Notes under the pieces: model-generated
What the model was told of the DNA's origin: nothing
What the model saw: only the letters and a program-made list of their open reading frames with translations
Databases searched by the model: none
In this document: piece after piece, positions 11,900-25,170 of the stretch
Position numbering within the stretch: the stretch's first letter is position 1
How the letters are laid out: each line of letters begins with the position of its first letter
Position numbers and translations under genes: made by a program
DNA from: Callorhinchus milii
Lineage: Eukaryota
Assembly (NCBI RefSeq): GCF_018977255.1
Contig: NW_024704743.1
Location: forward strand, 57,662,001-57,726,000
Length of the DNA stretch: 64,000 bases
Direction of reading: 5' to 3'

Positions 11900-12939
11900 G
11901 TAAGAAGCTGACACACATTTGTTACTTGTCAATATACCAGGTGAACAATTCCCACAGAGTTCAGACTGATTTGGGGGCCTTTGGTGAAATTTGTGGTCAA
12001 CATAAATATATGCAATTTCTAATACTTTTACAACATCAACAATTTACGTTTCTATAGTGTTTTTCACATCAATTACTGTCTCAAAGTGTTTTGCAATATA
12101 GCTAACCCTTGGTAGCATTTAAATAGGATCACACCCACTCAAGGACAGCTCCAATCAAAGTCAAACATTTCTTGGCAAACCGAGTTCTACATTCGTCAGG
12201 AATTAACTCTTAACTATTTAGTCAAGGGAGAAAAAATAATCTGCTTCCTTTAGAGATGTATAAAATGCAATACTTATTCCATGCCTATATTATTCATCTA
12301 AGTAATAGTATAATTGCTCAATTTTAATGTCTCTTCTCAGCCATGTATTATTACTTAACCATACGCGCATGGTGATGTCTGTTATAGAATAGCACACTTT
12401 CAATTTGTGTAATTGCAGTCCTAGGTAATTTACATGTGCGGATCTCCATTTGAATGGTGGAATTATTGTGGCTTTGAAAGTTTTTCAATTTATGTCTTTG
12501 AACTGAACAACCCTATCTTCAAGTGTAAGGATCCTGAAGCCTCCAATGTGCATACATGTAATTATCAATTTTATTATAGAATCAGATAATAGAACCATAT
12601 TTATTTCAAACTAATTATTATTAATTCAGATGAAATAGTTTGCACACTGAAATCTAATTGTAGTAATTAACATGTGATGGAGTCCACTAAGGATGATTTC
12701 CACGAGTGCAGCATTGTGTGCGGATTCCATACTGAACTTAAATGTTCTTTTTACTTTTTATAACTGTGTCAATGCAGAATAATATAGCAAATTTTCAATT
12801 TTAAGATCATAATGAGAGATAATGGAACCCAGGATTGAAAAAGAACTGGAAAGGGCTATTTCAGCAATCCAAAACATAATTCCAAAATATATTTCAATCC
12901 CTAGCCCCCTTCTTTTCTTCATCTAAATTCTCCCTTTTT

Positions 12940-13340
12940 AGCTAGGTCATCAGCAGACACTTATATGTGGATGACACCCAAATCTATATTTCCACTGCTA
13001 CTCTTGATTCCAGGTCCACTGATGTTCTGTCAGACATCAGGGCCTGATTGAGCCAACATTTTGTCCAACTCAAAATGGTAGACATAAGCCATCCTCCTTG
13101 GCTACCACCAATTTGCACACCTCCTCAACCTCTCTGGCCTCTCTCTCAAACTCTCCAAACTTGTGCCCAAATATGGCCTCCAGTTTGATACCCAGCTTTC
13201 CTTTCTCCCTCATATTGAGTTATACTCACCAAGACTGTTTCCCTCCATCTCTGCCCCATTAGCAGTATCCACCTTTATTTCACATGCAGTGCAGCTGAAA
13301 CACTCATTCATGCCTTCATAACATCCTGTGTACAATTCTG
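12940..13340 (+). mobile_element. Decayed L2 RT fragment
   Basis: tatgtggatgacacccaaatctat (YVDDTQIY) and gctgaaacactcattcatgccttcata. Confidence 0.75.
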
Positions 13341-13657
13341 ATTGCTGTAACGATGAGGATGAGCCCCAGTGTTAGAGGAATGAGCTATTTGAAATGATTA
13401 GACATGCTGGGGTTCTTCAATTATGAAAGGAGGTGTCTCAGGGGATACATATAGAGGTACATAAAATGTTAAGTGCAATTGATTTCACGCGCAAAACATA
13501 CAGTGACTAAACTTTACAGTATAACCTGTGAAAGACTTTGAGGTGTCTCAACAGCATGATAAAAGACTATATCAAATGCAAGGATTATTATTATTATTGA
13601 TCAAGTAAACCCAGAACAATACTTTAGGATGCACTAAGACCATTTAGAACAAAAGGA

Positions 13658-14763
13658 AAGAAAAACAGAAGTCGCTGGGAAACTCAGCAGATCAGGCAGC
13701 ATCTATGGAGAGAGGAAAGTGAGTTACCATACTACCCGGACCAAACTCCGTACCCACATCTCACCAGTTCTGGCCAGGCTCCACTGGCTCCCCATCACCA
13801 AACGGATCAACTTCAAGATCCTCACACTTCAACAACAACAGCAACAACTTGGATTTATATAGTGCCCTCCACGCCGGACGGAGTCTCAGAGCGCTTTACA
13901 GTAACGGATCCCGGATCCCACTTGTGTTCAAATCCCTTCACTCTATGGCAGCTCCCTACCTCTCCAACCTCCTCGCTCCCCAATCCACCACCCGGCGCAT
14001 CCGCTCGACTGGCACCGGCCTCCTGCTCGTCCCTCGCACCATCCACCCCATCATTGGAGATCGCGCTTTCGGCCACTACGCCCTGAAACTCAGGAACACT
14101 CTCCCACAATCCCTCCGCCTTGCTCCCTTTCTCTCCTTTTTCAAGTCCCACCTGAAAAACTTCCTCTTCGACCATGCTTACCAGTTAAAATCAATATTGA
14201 GCCAGAGGCCTGTAAGGTGCCTAGTAAGTAGATGAAGTGCTGTTCCTCGAACTTGCACTGTGTCTCGTTGGAACAGCATAGGAGGCCATGGACAGAGAAG
14301 TGGGAGTGGGAAGGAGAATTAAAGTGGCAAGCAACCGGAATCTGAGGGTTCAATGTATCCTACAAAAAGGCAGACATAGCTAGGACCCATGCGGGTTCCC
14401 ATAGCGACACCTTTTATTTGGAGGAAGTGAGAGGAGTTGAAAGAAAAGTTGTTCAATGTGAGAACAAGTCCAGCTAAGTGGAGAAGGGTGATAGTGGATG
14501 GAAACTGGTTGAGCTCTGTCCAGGAAGGTGGAGGGTCTGCAGGTCGTCCTGGTGGGGGATGGAGTTGCAGAGGGACTTGAACATCCATTGTAAAAAGGAG
14601 AATGTCAAGACCAGGAACCTAAAATTGGTCGAAGTGGCAAAGGGCATCAGAGTCGTGGATGTAGGTGGGTAAGGGACTGAACTGGACAAAGGGGGAAAAA
14701 AATCGAATCTAAGTAAGAGGAAATAAGTTCTGTGAGGTATGAGCAGGCTGAAACGATTTTGCC
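13658..14763 (-). mobile_element. Rearranged Penelope-like retroelement (RT core, GIY-YIG C-terminal part and pLTR end) containing an L2 fragment
   Basis: Minus-strand peptides KSLCNSIPHQD, LVLTLNNFSFNSSHFLQIKGVAMGTRMGPSY and PVACHFNSPSHS...EEQHFIYLLGTL. The pLTR end lies at 13658-13725. 14-bp TSD with one mismatch: ttagaacaaaagga 13644-13657 and ttagaacaagagga 14764-14777. Confidence 0.85.
13727..14180 (+). mobile_element. L2 ORF2 C-terminal fragment inside the Penelope element, itself containing an inverted L2 tail (13830-13905)
   Basis: ctccactggctccccatc...ttcaagatcctc and peptide LVFKSLHSMAAPYLSNLL...IGDRAFGHYALKLRNTLPQSLR. Confidence 0.85.
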
Positions 14764-16114
14764 TTAGAACAAGAGGACATAGATTTAGAGTTGTATAGGG
14801 CAATTTCAAGCAGGACAAATAGCAGGAGGTTTTCTTTACTCAGAGGGTAATTAACAAAAGGCCGCAGGTTAGAAGCAAGGTTGGTTGAGGCCAGGATACT
14901 GGACTCATTTAATACAACAACAACTTGAATTTATATTGTGCCCTTCACGCAGGTTAGTGTCCTGGAGCACTTCACAGTGGAGGAGTCTGACAATGAGCCA
15001 AGGGGAGAGGGAGTGGGGAGGCGACTGGTAAACAGGTCGGATAGGTGGGGAGGTGCGAGGGAATTAAGTGATAAAGAACAGCTTGATTCTGTGATGGAAA
15101 GACAGAGTGTTCTGGAGCGATAAGATCAAATGGACCGAAGGGCTTTCTTCATCCAAACCAATCTTGTGATCTCATGGTGATATTTCTACTTCAAAACTTT
15201 TTAATCACACCATTTCTATTTTAACTACAGAACATCACAATTCAGAGTTCTTTAACAGTTTATCAAACTAACTGAAACCTGTAATCCCAAATAACACCTA
15301 CATGTCAATGGGTTTTTCACAGTTCCTTCCACTATTTTGTCACCTTTGTAAGACTGCTCCAGTTATTGTGTCTTTCTCCCGCCCTAAAGTCTCTTGAAAA
15401 ATTCTCAGCAACTAAAGACAATCTTTCCCTTAAACTACATATTAACTCTGAACCATTTTGCCACTTCTGCACGGGCTGCATATGACTTCAAATGGGTCGG
15501 TCTTGCCTGATTGAATACATGCACTTTTATGAGGAGTGAATCCTAAATATGACAGTGGGAAGCGATATGATGTACTGTATCAAGTCTTCCAACAGGCTCC
15601 TGAGAAAAAAGCAAATGAGAGATTCATTTATGAACTGATGATCTACTTAATCATCGAGATAGGTAATAACTATATTTGAATATAAGAGCATGAACTTGTA
15701 CAGATGGTCCCGAAAATAGTTCCTGGCTTCTTCAAAATGCTTTGCGTTATTGTGCAGTACAATTAATCTGGGTATAGAACATTTCTATCCTCTCCCGATA
15801 GATTTTCCTAATGCACGGGACGTTTAAAACAAGAATGTCAAACTTCTTGCATGGGCGAGCTGTGAGGCACAAGGAAGTATTTTGCCAATGACCACTAAGC
15901 CTGCACCTGCTCATAAAGGTTCTGCAGCATTTAATAAGCTTGTGTAACTGGGCTACTTAGGAACACCATAATGCCATTGATGTCCATGTCTCAATTGGTT
16001 ATTGCTTTTAAAGACCATAAGTCACAACTGAATGACAGCAGCATAAATTAAGCAATTAAAGTATAAAGGCGGCCTATAACATTAATCTGAACCATGATAT
16101 TTTAAATTAATAAG

Positions 16115-17075
16115 AGCATAAGAAATTGCCATCCAAAAGACAACCGAGGTCCATCTGGTTCACCTTCCACCCTCCTGGCAGTGGCTTGACATGTCGTGTC
16201 CCAAACTATATACTAGGTCCTGAGATATTATTTTCTAGCAGAAATCTATCTAATTCGTTCTTGAAACAAACAACACTTTCTGCTTCCACTGTCTCCCTAG
16301 GGAATCTGTTCCATACGTTTACTAATCGCTCACTGAAATAGTGTCTCCGCAGATTTGTTCTGAATTTACCCCCTTCAATCTCAGGTCATGTCCTCTGGTT
16401 CTACTGTTCAGTACAACAACAATTTGCACATATATAACGCCCTCCACCCAGGGTAGCGTCTCAGAGCACTGAATACAAGATAAAACAGCTTATCATTATC
16501 TATTCCCTTCAGAATCTTAAAGACCATAATCATATCGCCCCTCAATCTTCTCTTCTTCAGTGTGAACGTGTCCAGTATATCTAATCTCTCCTCATAATCC
16601 AGTATCTCCATCCCCTCAATCGTTTTGACTGCCCTTCTCTGTAGCTTCTCAATTGCTGCAATATCCTTTTTATATTGCGGTGACCAGAACTGCACACAGG
16701 ATTCCAACTGCGGTCACTCCAACGATATATAAAGTGGCAGGATTACCCAATATTTTGGCTCAATATTGCCCTATTAATACAACCCAGCAGCTGGTTTGTC
16801 TAACTCACTGCTACCAAGCACTGTTGCAATAGCTTCAATGTCTTGTCAGTCAGGACCCCCAGGTCCTTTTCATTTTCCATACAGATTATTTTTTTCCCAT
16901 TTAAATAATAGTCCCCTCCTGGATTTTTTGTCCCATATGAACCATTTTGCATTTCTCTACATTGAATTTCATCTGCCATCGATCAGCCCAATTCCCAAGT
17001 ATGTTCAAGTCCTCCTGTAACCAATCCTGTTCATCTTTGCAGTCTACCACCTTCATTGGCTTTGATGATGTCCAA
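16115..17075 (-). mobile_element. CR1 LINE 3' fragment
   Basis: ESCVQFWSPQYKKDIAAIEKLQRRAVKTIEGM...RRLRGDMIMVFKILKG, with a CR1-type 3' end near 16115. Confidence 0.9.
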
Positions 17076-17629
17076 CTAGAATAAAGGGCAGTTTAAAACT
17101 TTGCTTTGTGAGGGTGGGATGGGGGGTTGCAAATGTGATTGTCAACATGCCTCTTCACATATCTTTATAATTGATGTCAGTAATATATAGACTAATTCTT
17201 CAAGCCTTCTGTAAAATGTGTGGATGGAATGTATACAAGTTGTATAATTTGCAAAAGTTTAAAGGTTTATTAAACAAAAGTGTTTATTGTAGAACAAGTA
17301 TGTTGCGGTAACTTCAGATGACTTTAGTGTCCATGATCTTCTCCGCTCACTGAAATTCTTTATGTCCTTGCCCGCCCCACCCCACCATTAGTGAGCGAGT
17401 TTTCAGACATTCTTCCCTCTACTATCTGGAATGTCTATCCACCTCGATCCTCCCTCTCCATCTTTAAACCCAGTGTTAAGACCTTTTATTTCAACCATGT
17501 TTTTGGTCACCTCTCTGTCCCCTTTGCCCTCCTCCTTCCTCAACTCCCCTCACCCCCAACTCGGGCTCCTATCCAATTCTGTGAAGTGCTTTGAGACATT
17601 TCGGTCCATAGTGGAGGTAAAGCAGAATA

Positions 17630-18705
17630 TTTTCTTAATGGGGAGAAATTAAGAACTGTGGAGAAAGAGATTTGGGTGTCCATATCCACAAATCACAAAC
17701 TAGTTCCCAGGTATGAAAAGTAATCAAAAAGGCGAATAGAAAGTTGGTCTTTATCTCAAGGGGCCTGGAATACAAAGGGGAAGAAATGAAGCTTCAGCTG
17801 TATAGTCAGACCCCATCTGGAGACTGCGTTCAATTATAATAATAATCCTTGCATTTGATATAGCGCTTTTTACGTCTTCTAGATGTCCCAAAGCGCTTTA
17901 CAGAATATACTGTAAAGTGAATTGACTATATATTTGTGGGCGAACGCGGCAGCCAATTGCGCACAGCATTGTCCCTCAAACAGTCATGAATTGAAAATGA
18001 CCAATTTATTATTGTTTTTTTTTGGAGGGATTATTTTTAGGCTCTGTGTGGAGTAAGGAAACTTGCCCAAGGTTTCGCCCTCTGCCTGGAATTGAACTCA
18101 GGTCTCTCACTTGCAAAGCGAGTGCTCTAACCACTGAGCTACAGGACTCAAAAAATTTCTTGGAGTCCAGTTTTGAGCATCACACCTCAGGAAAGATATA
18201 TTGGCCCTGAAGGGGGTGCAGTGCAGGTTTGCCAGAATGCTACCAGGCTTATAAAGGGTTAAGCAAAGGCTGCATAAATTTGGATTGTATTCCCTTGAGT
18301 TAAGAAGGTTGAGGGGTGATTTGATTGAGGAGTTTAAGATGATAAAGGGAATCAATAGGATAGATGCAGAGAAGCTATTTCCTCTGGTGGGGGATTCCAA
18401 AACAAGGGGGCACAGTCTTACAATTAGAACCAGACCATTTAAGAGTGAAATCAGGTAGCATTTTTTCACTCAAAGGGTGGTAGAAATCTGGATTTCTCTC
18501 CCCCAAAACGCTGTAGATGCTGGATCCATCCACACCTTCAAGAGTGAGGTTGATAGGTTTTTGGAAGGTCCGGATATTATATGGGGAGAAAGCGGGAAAT
18601 TAGAATTGAAAGGATTAGTTGAGGTACAGATCAGCCATAATCTAATTAAATGGTGGAACCAGGCTTGAAGGGCTGAACGGCCTCCTCCAGTTCCTATGTT
18701 CCCAA
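17630..18705 (+). mobile_element. CR1 LINE 3' fragment interrupted by a young SINE
   Basis: aggttgaggggtgatttgattgagg (RLRGDLIE), then ttcactcaaagggtggtagaaatctgg and the tail ggctgaacggcctcctccagttcctatgttcc. Confidence 0.9.
17835..18149 (-). mobile_element. Young tRNA(Ala)-headed Deu-SINE, near full length
   Basis: Close reverse-complement match to 37682-37999. Confidence 0.92.
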
Positions 18706-20959
18706 TGCTGTATAACTGGTGGTGTTGTATGACATGAACGTTTCAACAGATATAGTGGATGGCCACAACACAATAGATTGCTCTGAGTATCCAACCTTGC
18801 AAAAGCTCCTCCTGATCTCCTCTCGGTAGAGTAATTCTTTCCTTTGTTGCTTTTGCCAAAGCTAACTGCTGGTGAATAAAGAACAATTAGCTAGAAGAAA
18901 AATATCTCACTTATAAATCTTATAATTGGTTAACTAAACATCCAAGGCAAAAATGTCAGGCTTTCCCTTAGGTCTTAAAACAGTCCAATAATTCACATAA
19001 AGGTCAGTGTGTGCTGAACGGTTTCCACTGCACATCGTATTAAAGGATCTACATTTGACAATGTTGGTATAGCTGGAGTGGCGTGGGGCACAGTTAGCCA
19101 AGATGTGACATGATATGAAAAAGTACCTATATTTTTTAATCTGGAATGGGAATATCTTTATTTTAGTCACTCAATCCATGACTGTTTGTGGACACTATTG
19201 TGTGTAATTGGCTGCCTTGTTTCACCCACAAAATACACAGTTAATCCACTTTGCAATATATTCTGTGAAGTGCTTTGGGACTTTTAAATAACGTGATAAG
19301 ACACTACATCAAATGTAAGAGTTATTATTATTCTTACATAAAGAATGGTGCTTAGGTAAGGTGCTGGAGAGCTGCCAGAGTCTATGGAAGCTTTACTCAG
19401 CAAGGAGGAGGAAAGGAGCAAAGATTATTAACACCAGAGAAGAGATGAAGGTTGCAGGAACTCATAAAACTGCACAACCAATGGATTCAAAATAAATAAG
19501 CCCAAATGCAATGACTGGCAGTGATAGAATCTCTCAGGAGTTCAGTTAATGTGGTCCAAGCATTATTTTACAGCTTGTTGGGAGCTCATAAACTAAGGTG
19601 AAGGTTACAATCACTGGTATTAATGAGGAAAAAAATGTATTTTGCAATCACTGCTAAAGTTATTAATAATAATAACAGTAATAATAAAACAATAATTGCA
19701 TTTGATATAATGCCTTTCACACTAGAAAGAAATCTCAAAGTGCTTTACAGGAGTTCCTGTATTGTGGCAGCCATTTGGTGCACTTACCAATTGGTGCATA
19801 GCAATGTCCCACAAACAGCCATGAATTGCATTTCATGTGAGTTTTGTCTAGTTTAGTTGCATGGTAAAAAGATGTGTTACATAAAAAAACAAGTTGCATT
19901 TTTCACCCCACAGTGCAGTGTTCATGTGATTTTGTGCAGTGTTTGGAGATGTGCCCTATGAGATTTCAGCCTGCTTCTTAGTTGCTTTATTAGGTCAGTG
20001 CACAGTTAAAGCAATGTGCTCAATTTTATTTACATTTTTTACAGCAGGACATGCATTGAGAGTGTTCTCTCTGAGAGATTTGTCAAAAGAACAATTGCCA
20101 ATATATAACTTCTATAAATTTCAGAACCTTTTTAAAAAATATTGCTGTCATTGGAGTAGCACATCCACTAAACAAGGGGGAGAAAAGAAGTAAATCACAA
20201 TGGGCAAAAATGTAAACTCATCAGGTTTATCTACTTTTAATAATAGTACAACATCATTTCCATTTATATAGCCTTGAGATGGACCTTGAACAAGGAGAGG
20301 GAAGCAATAAGTTGGAGGAAACTGATCCTTCACTTCATGACTGTTTGTGGGACATGCTGTGCACATATTGGCGGTCACATTATAGGAACGCCTGTGAAAT
20401 GCTTTGAGACATCCTATATCACTATATCATATATAGGCACTATATCAACTGCATTGATTATTATTATTGTAGCAGAAGAAACTGATATTGTTTCCTATGA
20501 AAAAATTGCATTTTTTCACTGTTATTTTTGCTTATAACATAAGCTATTTGCCACTCAGTAAAGCAACAAAAATATAAAGCAATAACTATTTCAGAATTAA
20601 TGAAACTTGAAATCTTCCAGGTTTATTGCCTTGTGCCAAGATGAATACTGCATAAATTAAACAGTAATGAAGAACAATGATGTGCTTATGAAACATGATG
20701 TGCCCTTGAGTAAGCAAGCTGAAGCAATGAAATGACAGGACAGATATAGATGTAGAAACAGTCTGATACAGAAACTTTTTGCCTTGCTGCTTGGTTCATT
20801 CAGGGAAACTGACGTGAGTTTTACAATTACCCACCAAAGTATAATGGTTGACATGGAGAAGTCTTCTCCAATGCATAAAAAATACTTGCTTCATTGTCTT
20901 CTTGTATCAGCAACACTATGCACTAAGATTGGGTTTGTGTTTCTTCTTAACCATCTTTC

Positions 20960-21415
20960 CTCTCAGCAACACTTCACTGTTCTGACCTTGCCTGGTTTCA
21001 CTCGTTTACCTTTAACATCATCTCTGCTTAGTGTAATAGCTTCTCCTCCAGCCTTCGCACTGTCATATGTGGGGTTCCTCAGGGCTTTGTCCTCGGTCCT
21101 CCCTACTTTAATATTTACATGCTCCTGCTTGGTGATGTCATCCGTAGGCATCGGGTTAACTTCCACATTGTATGCGGATGACATCCAACTCTATCTCTCT
21201 GCCTCCACCCTCAACTCCAGGACCACTCCTGGCATGCTTCATCCCAGCTTCGGGTCAGACCTTCAGCCTTTCTGCCCGTACCTCTGGAATTCTATTCCGG
21301 AATCCCTTTGCCGTGCCCCCTCCCTTGCCTCTTTCAAGGTCCGTCTCAGGGCTTTATTCTGTGATGTCCCCCCGATGTGAAAAGTGCTATACAAATATGA
21401 TTTGTTGTTATTATC
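20960..21415 (+). mobile_element. Internally deleted L2 fragment with tail
   Basis: [20 protein letters not shown] fused to WNSIPESLCRAPSLASFK, ending gatgtccccccgatgtgaaaagtgctatacaaat...ttgttg. Confidence 0.85.
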
Positions 21416-21834
21416 TTGTAGCTGTTCCACAAATGATCCACAATATTGGGCAATTAAATAATAATAATAATCTTGCTTTTGGAATAGCACTTATAACATC
21501 GAGCATGTCTCAAAACGCTTCATAAAGTTTCTGTGAAGTGTGGCGACTACATATTTTAAGTGAATATTGACTAAATTTTAACTGGAATCAATATTTATTC
21601 CAATAAAAGGCTAATTTGTTAAGATGTTACTGCATAAGGATGGATTCATACAGAGTTTCACAACAGAGAAGACATATTACATGAACTCGCTCATTGACCG
21701 CTTACTGCATGGTTGTTTGTGGGACATTGCTGTGTGCAGATTGACTGCCAAGTTCATCAAACAATGCGCAGTTATACCACTTTATACAATAGCGCTATGA
21801 GATGTCTCAGTGATGTAATGAGGTATTATAACAA

Positions 21835-22335
21835 TAATGATAATAATAATCCTTGCATTTGATATAGCGCTTTTCACGTCTTCTAGATGTCTCAAAGCGC
21901 TTCACAGAATAGACTTTAAAGTGGATTGACTGTATATTTGTGGGCGAAATGCAGCAGCCAATTGTGCACAGCAGTGTCCCCCAAACAGTCATGTATTGAA
22001 GTGACCAATTTATTATTGTTTTTTTTGAGGGATTATTATCAGGCATGTGAAGTAAGGAAACTTGCCCAAGGTTTCACCCTGCTGGGAATCGAACCTAGGT
22101 CTCTTGCTTGCAAATAATAATAATAATAATCCTTGCATTTGATATAGAGCTTTTCACGTCGGGAGGATGTCCCAAAGCGCTTCACAGAACACACTGTAAA
22201 GTGAATTGACTGTATATTTGTGGGTGAACACGGCAGCCAATTGGGCTCAGCAATGTCCCACAAACAGTCATAGATTGAAAATGACCAATTTATTATTGTT
22301 TTAAGTGCTCTAACCACTGAGCTACAGGACTCCAC
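21835..22335 (-). mobile_element. Young Deu-SINE with a second 5'-truncated copy (22113-22302) inserted in its tRNA head
   Basis: The head is split between ...ctcttgcttgcaa (22112) and agtgctctaaccactgagctacaggactccac (22304-22335), with a complete second tail in between. Confidence 0.85.
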
Positions 22336-23147
22336 AGGTATTCTATCGAATGCAAGTATTGTATCTCTGAAGGATATGTTCACTATTCCATGGGACTTGG
22401 AATTTATATAGATCAGGCTGACACTCCAATACAGTGCTGGGGGTATGTGCTGCATTGCCAAAGGTGCCGACCTTCTGATGAGATGTTAAAGATTGTCTGT
22501 TCAGGTGAACGTGAAAGATTCCATGGCACTACTCCAAAAGAGAAGGGCGTTTCTCCTAGTGTCCTGACCAGCAATCCCACCAAATAAAATTGGTGATTCA
22601 CTTCATGGCTGTTAATGGGATATTGGCTGCTACATTTGATAACAAAATACCCAGTCACCACACTTTACAGTAAAATCTAGTGAACCAATTTGAACTATCC
22701 ACACGATATGAAAGGTGCTGCATCAAATGCAAAGATTATTATAATTATTAGAAATAATTATGAATTATTACAATCATTAGTGATTGAGGCACAGTGTTGT
22801 GGTCAAGGTACAGTAACCCTTACTGTAATATGTTCACTCTCGTATCATGCACATTAATTATAATTTACATAATCCTGTTATTTTCATTTCACGGTCAAAA
22901 ATGTAGAGCTCACAAATTGTGAGTTATGATCATGGCGATGATCATAACTAATTTCTCAGCCGAGAAAAAGTCTGAAAAGCCAAAGTAAAGGATGGAAAGT
23001 GAAACAGACAGCGACTCTGGACTTCGGCAGTATTCACAATGCCAATTTTTATCATTTGGTAGCAAATCCTGTCATTTCAATTGCAAACACAATTAACACA
23101 GTGGCTTCAGACTTGTCAATGCTGCTTTTTGAACCACACTGAATACT

Positions 23148-24010
23148 TAGAATCATAGAATTATACAGCACAGAAGGAGGCCATTCGGCACATTGTGTCT
23201 GTGCCAGCTCTTTCAAAAGAGCTATTCAAATCAATCATACTCCACTGCACTCTCCCCATATCACTGCAAGCTTATCCTCCCCAAATAATTATCTACTTCT
23301 TTGTTAAAAATTGTCATTGAATCGGCTTCCAACACACTTTCAGGCAATGCATTCCAGACCCGGATAACTCGCCGCGTGAAAAGATTTCTCCTCACCTCCC
23401 CTCTGTTTCTTTTAACAACCACTTTAAATCGATGTCCTCGGGTTACCAACCCACTCGCCAGTGGAAATAGTTTCTCCTTTTTCATCCTATCGAATCCCCT
23501 CATAATTTGGAAAACTTCTATTAAGTTTTCTCTTAAACTTCTCTGCTCCAAGGATAATAATCCTAGCTTCTCTAGCCTCACCTGATAACTGAAGTCCCTC
23601 ATACCATCCTGGTAAATCTCCTTTTACCATCTCCAATGCCTTGACATCTTTCCTAAAATGTGGTGCCCAGAACTGAACACAGAACTCTAGCTGAGGCCTA
23701 ACCAGTGTTTAAGGTTCATCATAATTTCCTGACTTTTGTATTCTATGACCCTATTTAGAAAATCTAGTATCCAGTATGCTTTTTTTAACAGCTTTAAAGG
23801 TTTACTTATATGAATCCCCAGGTCTCTCTGTCCCTTCAACCCTACTATCTAGCTTATATTGCCTCTCCTCATTCTTCCTTTCAAAATACATTACTTCGCA
23901 TTTCTCCACATCAAACTTCATATGCCACGTGTCTGCCCATTTTACCAGTCTGTCTATGTCCTCTTGCAGTCTGCTACTATCCTCCTCACTTTTTATTACT
24001 TTTCCTAGCA
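23148..24010 (-). mobile_element. CR1 LINE 3' fragment
   Basis: RLQEDIDRLVKWADTWHMKFDVEKCEVM and RLEKLGLLSLEQRSLRENLIEVFQIMRGFDR...VWNALP, with an (attctatg)n-type tail at ~23150. Confidence 0.92.
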
Positions 24011-24249
24011 TAAATCCAACAATTTCACTTCACTTGATACATTATTGATAATGTTCCCTTTCAGTGCACAGTATATCATTTATTACTTCAAACTTTCTTA
24101 ATATGCATATAATGTATGTACATATCAAACATAGTGCTTTGTGATTTATACTGATTGAAAAAGGCTTTCTTTTCCACTGTCTTTATAATCTGAGATTGTT
24201 ATTTTTCGTGATGACTGTAAATTAAGCCACAGTATAAAACAAAATTATA

Positions 24250-25170
24250 TTTGTAAAAATCTTTCATGTTGGGAGGACGTCCCAAGGTGGTGGACAGTCA
24301 GAGATTTGTACCCAAACGGGTTGGGGGGAGGGTTGGTATCGGGGGTGTGGAGGGCCGGAGGGCGGCCGAAGGTGCGGTTGAAGAGGAGGGTCTTGAAGGA
24401 GGCAAGGGAGGTAGTGAGGTGAAGGGAATGTGGGATGTAGTTCCAAAGAGTGGGAGCAGAGAGGCTGAAGGCCTGACCGCCGATGGTGGGGCGGGCCGGT
24501 GGAGACGTGTAGCAGACCAGAGCCTGCTGAGTGGAGGGAGTGGACAGGTTTATATGGGGTTAGCAGGTCACAGAGGTAAGGAGTGGCAAAGCTGTGGAGG
24601 GCCTTTAAGGTGAGGACGAGGATTTTGAATTGTATCCTCTGGGGGATGGGGAGCCAGTGGAGCCGGGCGAGGGTGGGTGTGATGGGGTCATGGAGCAGCT
24701 TGTGAAGGGAAGAGTTGGGAAGGCCGACAAGCAAAGAGTTGGCGTAGTCGAGCCCAGATGTAAAAAATGCTTGGATGAGGGTTTCGACGGCCTGATGGGT
24801 AACGCAGTGGCAGAGCCCAGTGATGTTGCGGAGTGGATCATGGCACGGATGTGGGGTAGAAAGGACAGTTGAGGGTCAAACAAGATGCCAAGGTTCCGGA
24901 CTGGTTCAGTGAGGTGCATCTACGGACGGTGATGCTGTCAAAGCCTGAGGTGAAGAGGCGCTGACGGGAGCCAATCTGGAGAGCCTCAGTCTTGTTGACA
25001 TTTAACTGTAGAAAGTTAGCTCTCATCCAGGACTTAATGCCTAACAGACATTCTGTCAGGATAGCAATGGTCCTGGAGTCAAGGGTGGAGGCAGAGAGAT
25101 AGAGTTGGGTGTAGACATGGGTCAACTTCCACTTGCGGATGATGTCACCAAGAGGGAGCATGTACAAGTT
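24250..25170 (-). mobile_element. L2 LINE 3' fragment
   Basis: KSWMRANFLQLNVNKTEAL and DPITPTLARLHWLPIPQRIQFKILVLT, followed by the tail stem-loop gggacgtcctcccaac. Confidence 0.92.

Noticed and set aside
11118..11903. Standalone 261-aa gene starting at ATG 11118
   Set aside because: This is an internal Met of a spliced exon. The acceptor is at 11100, the donor at 11900, and there is no signal peptide.
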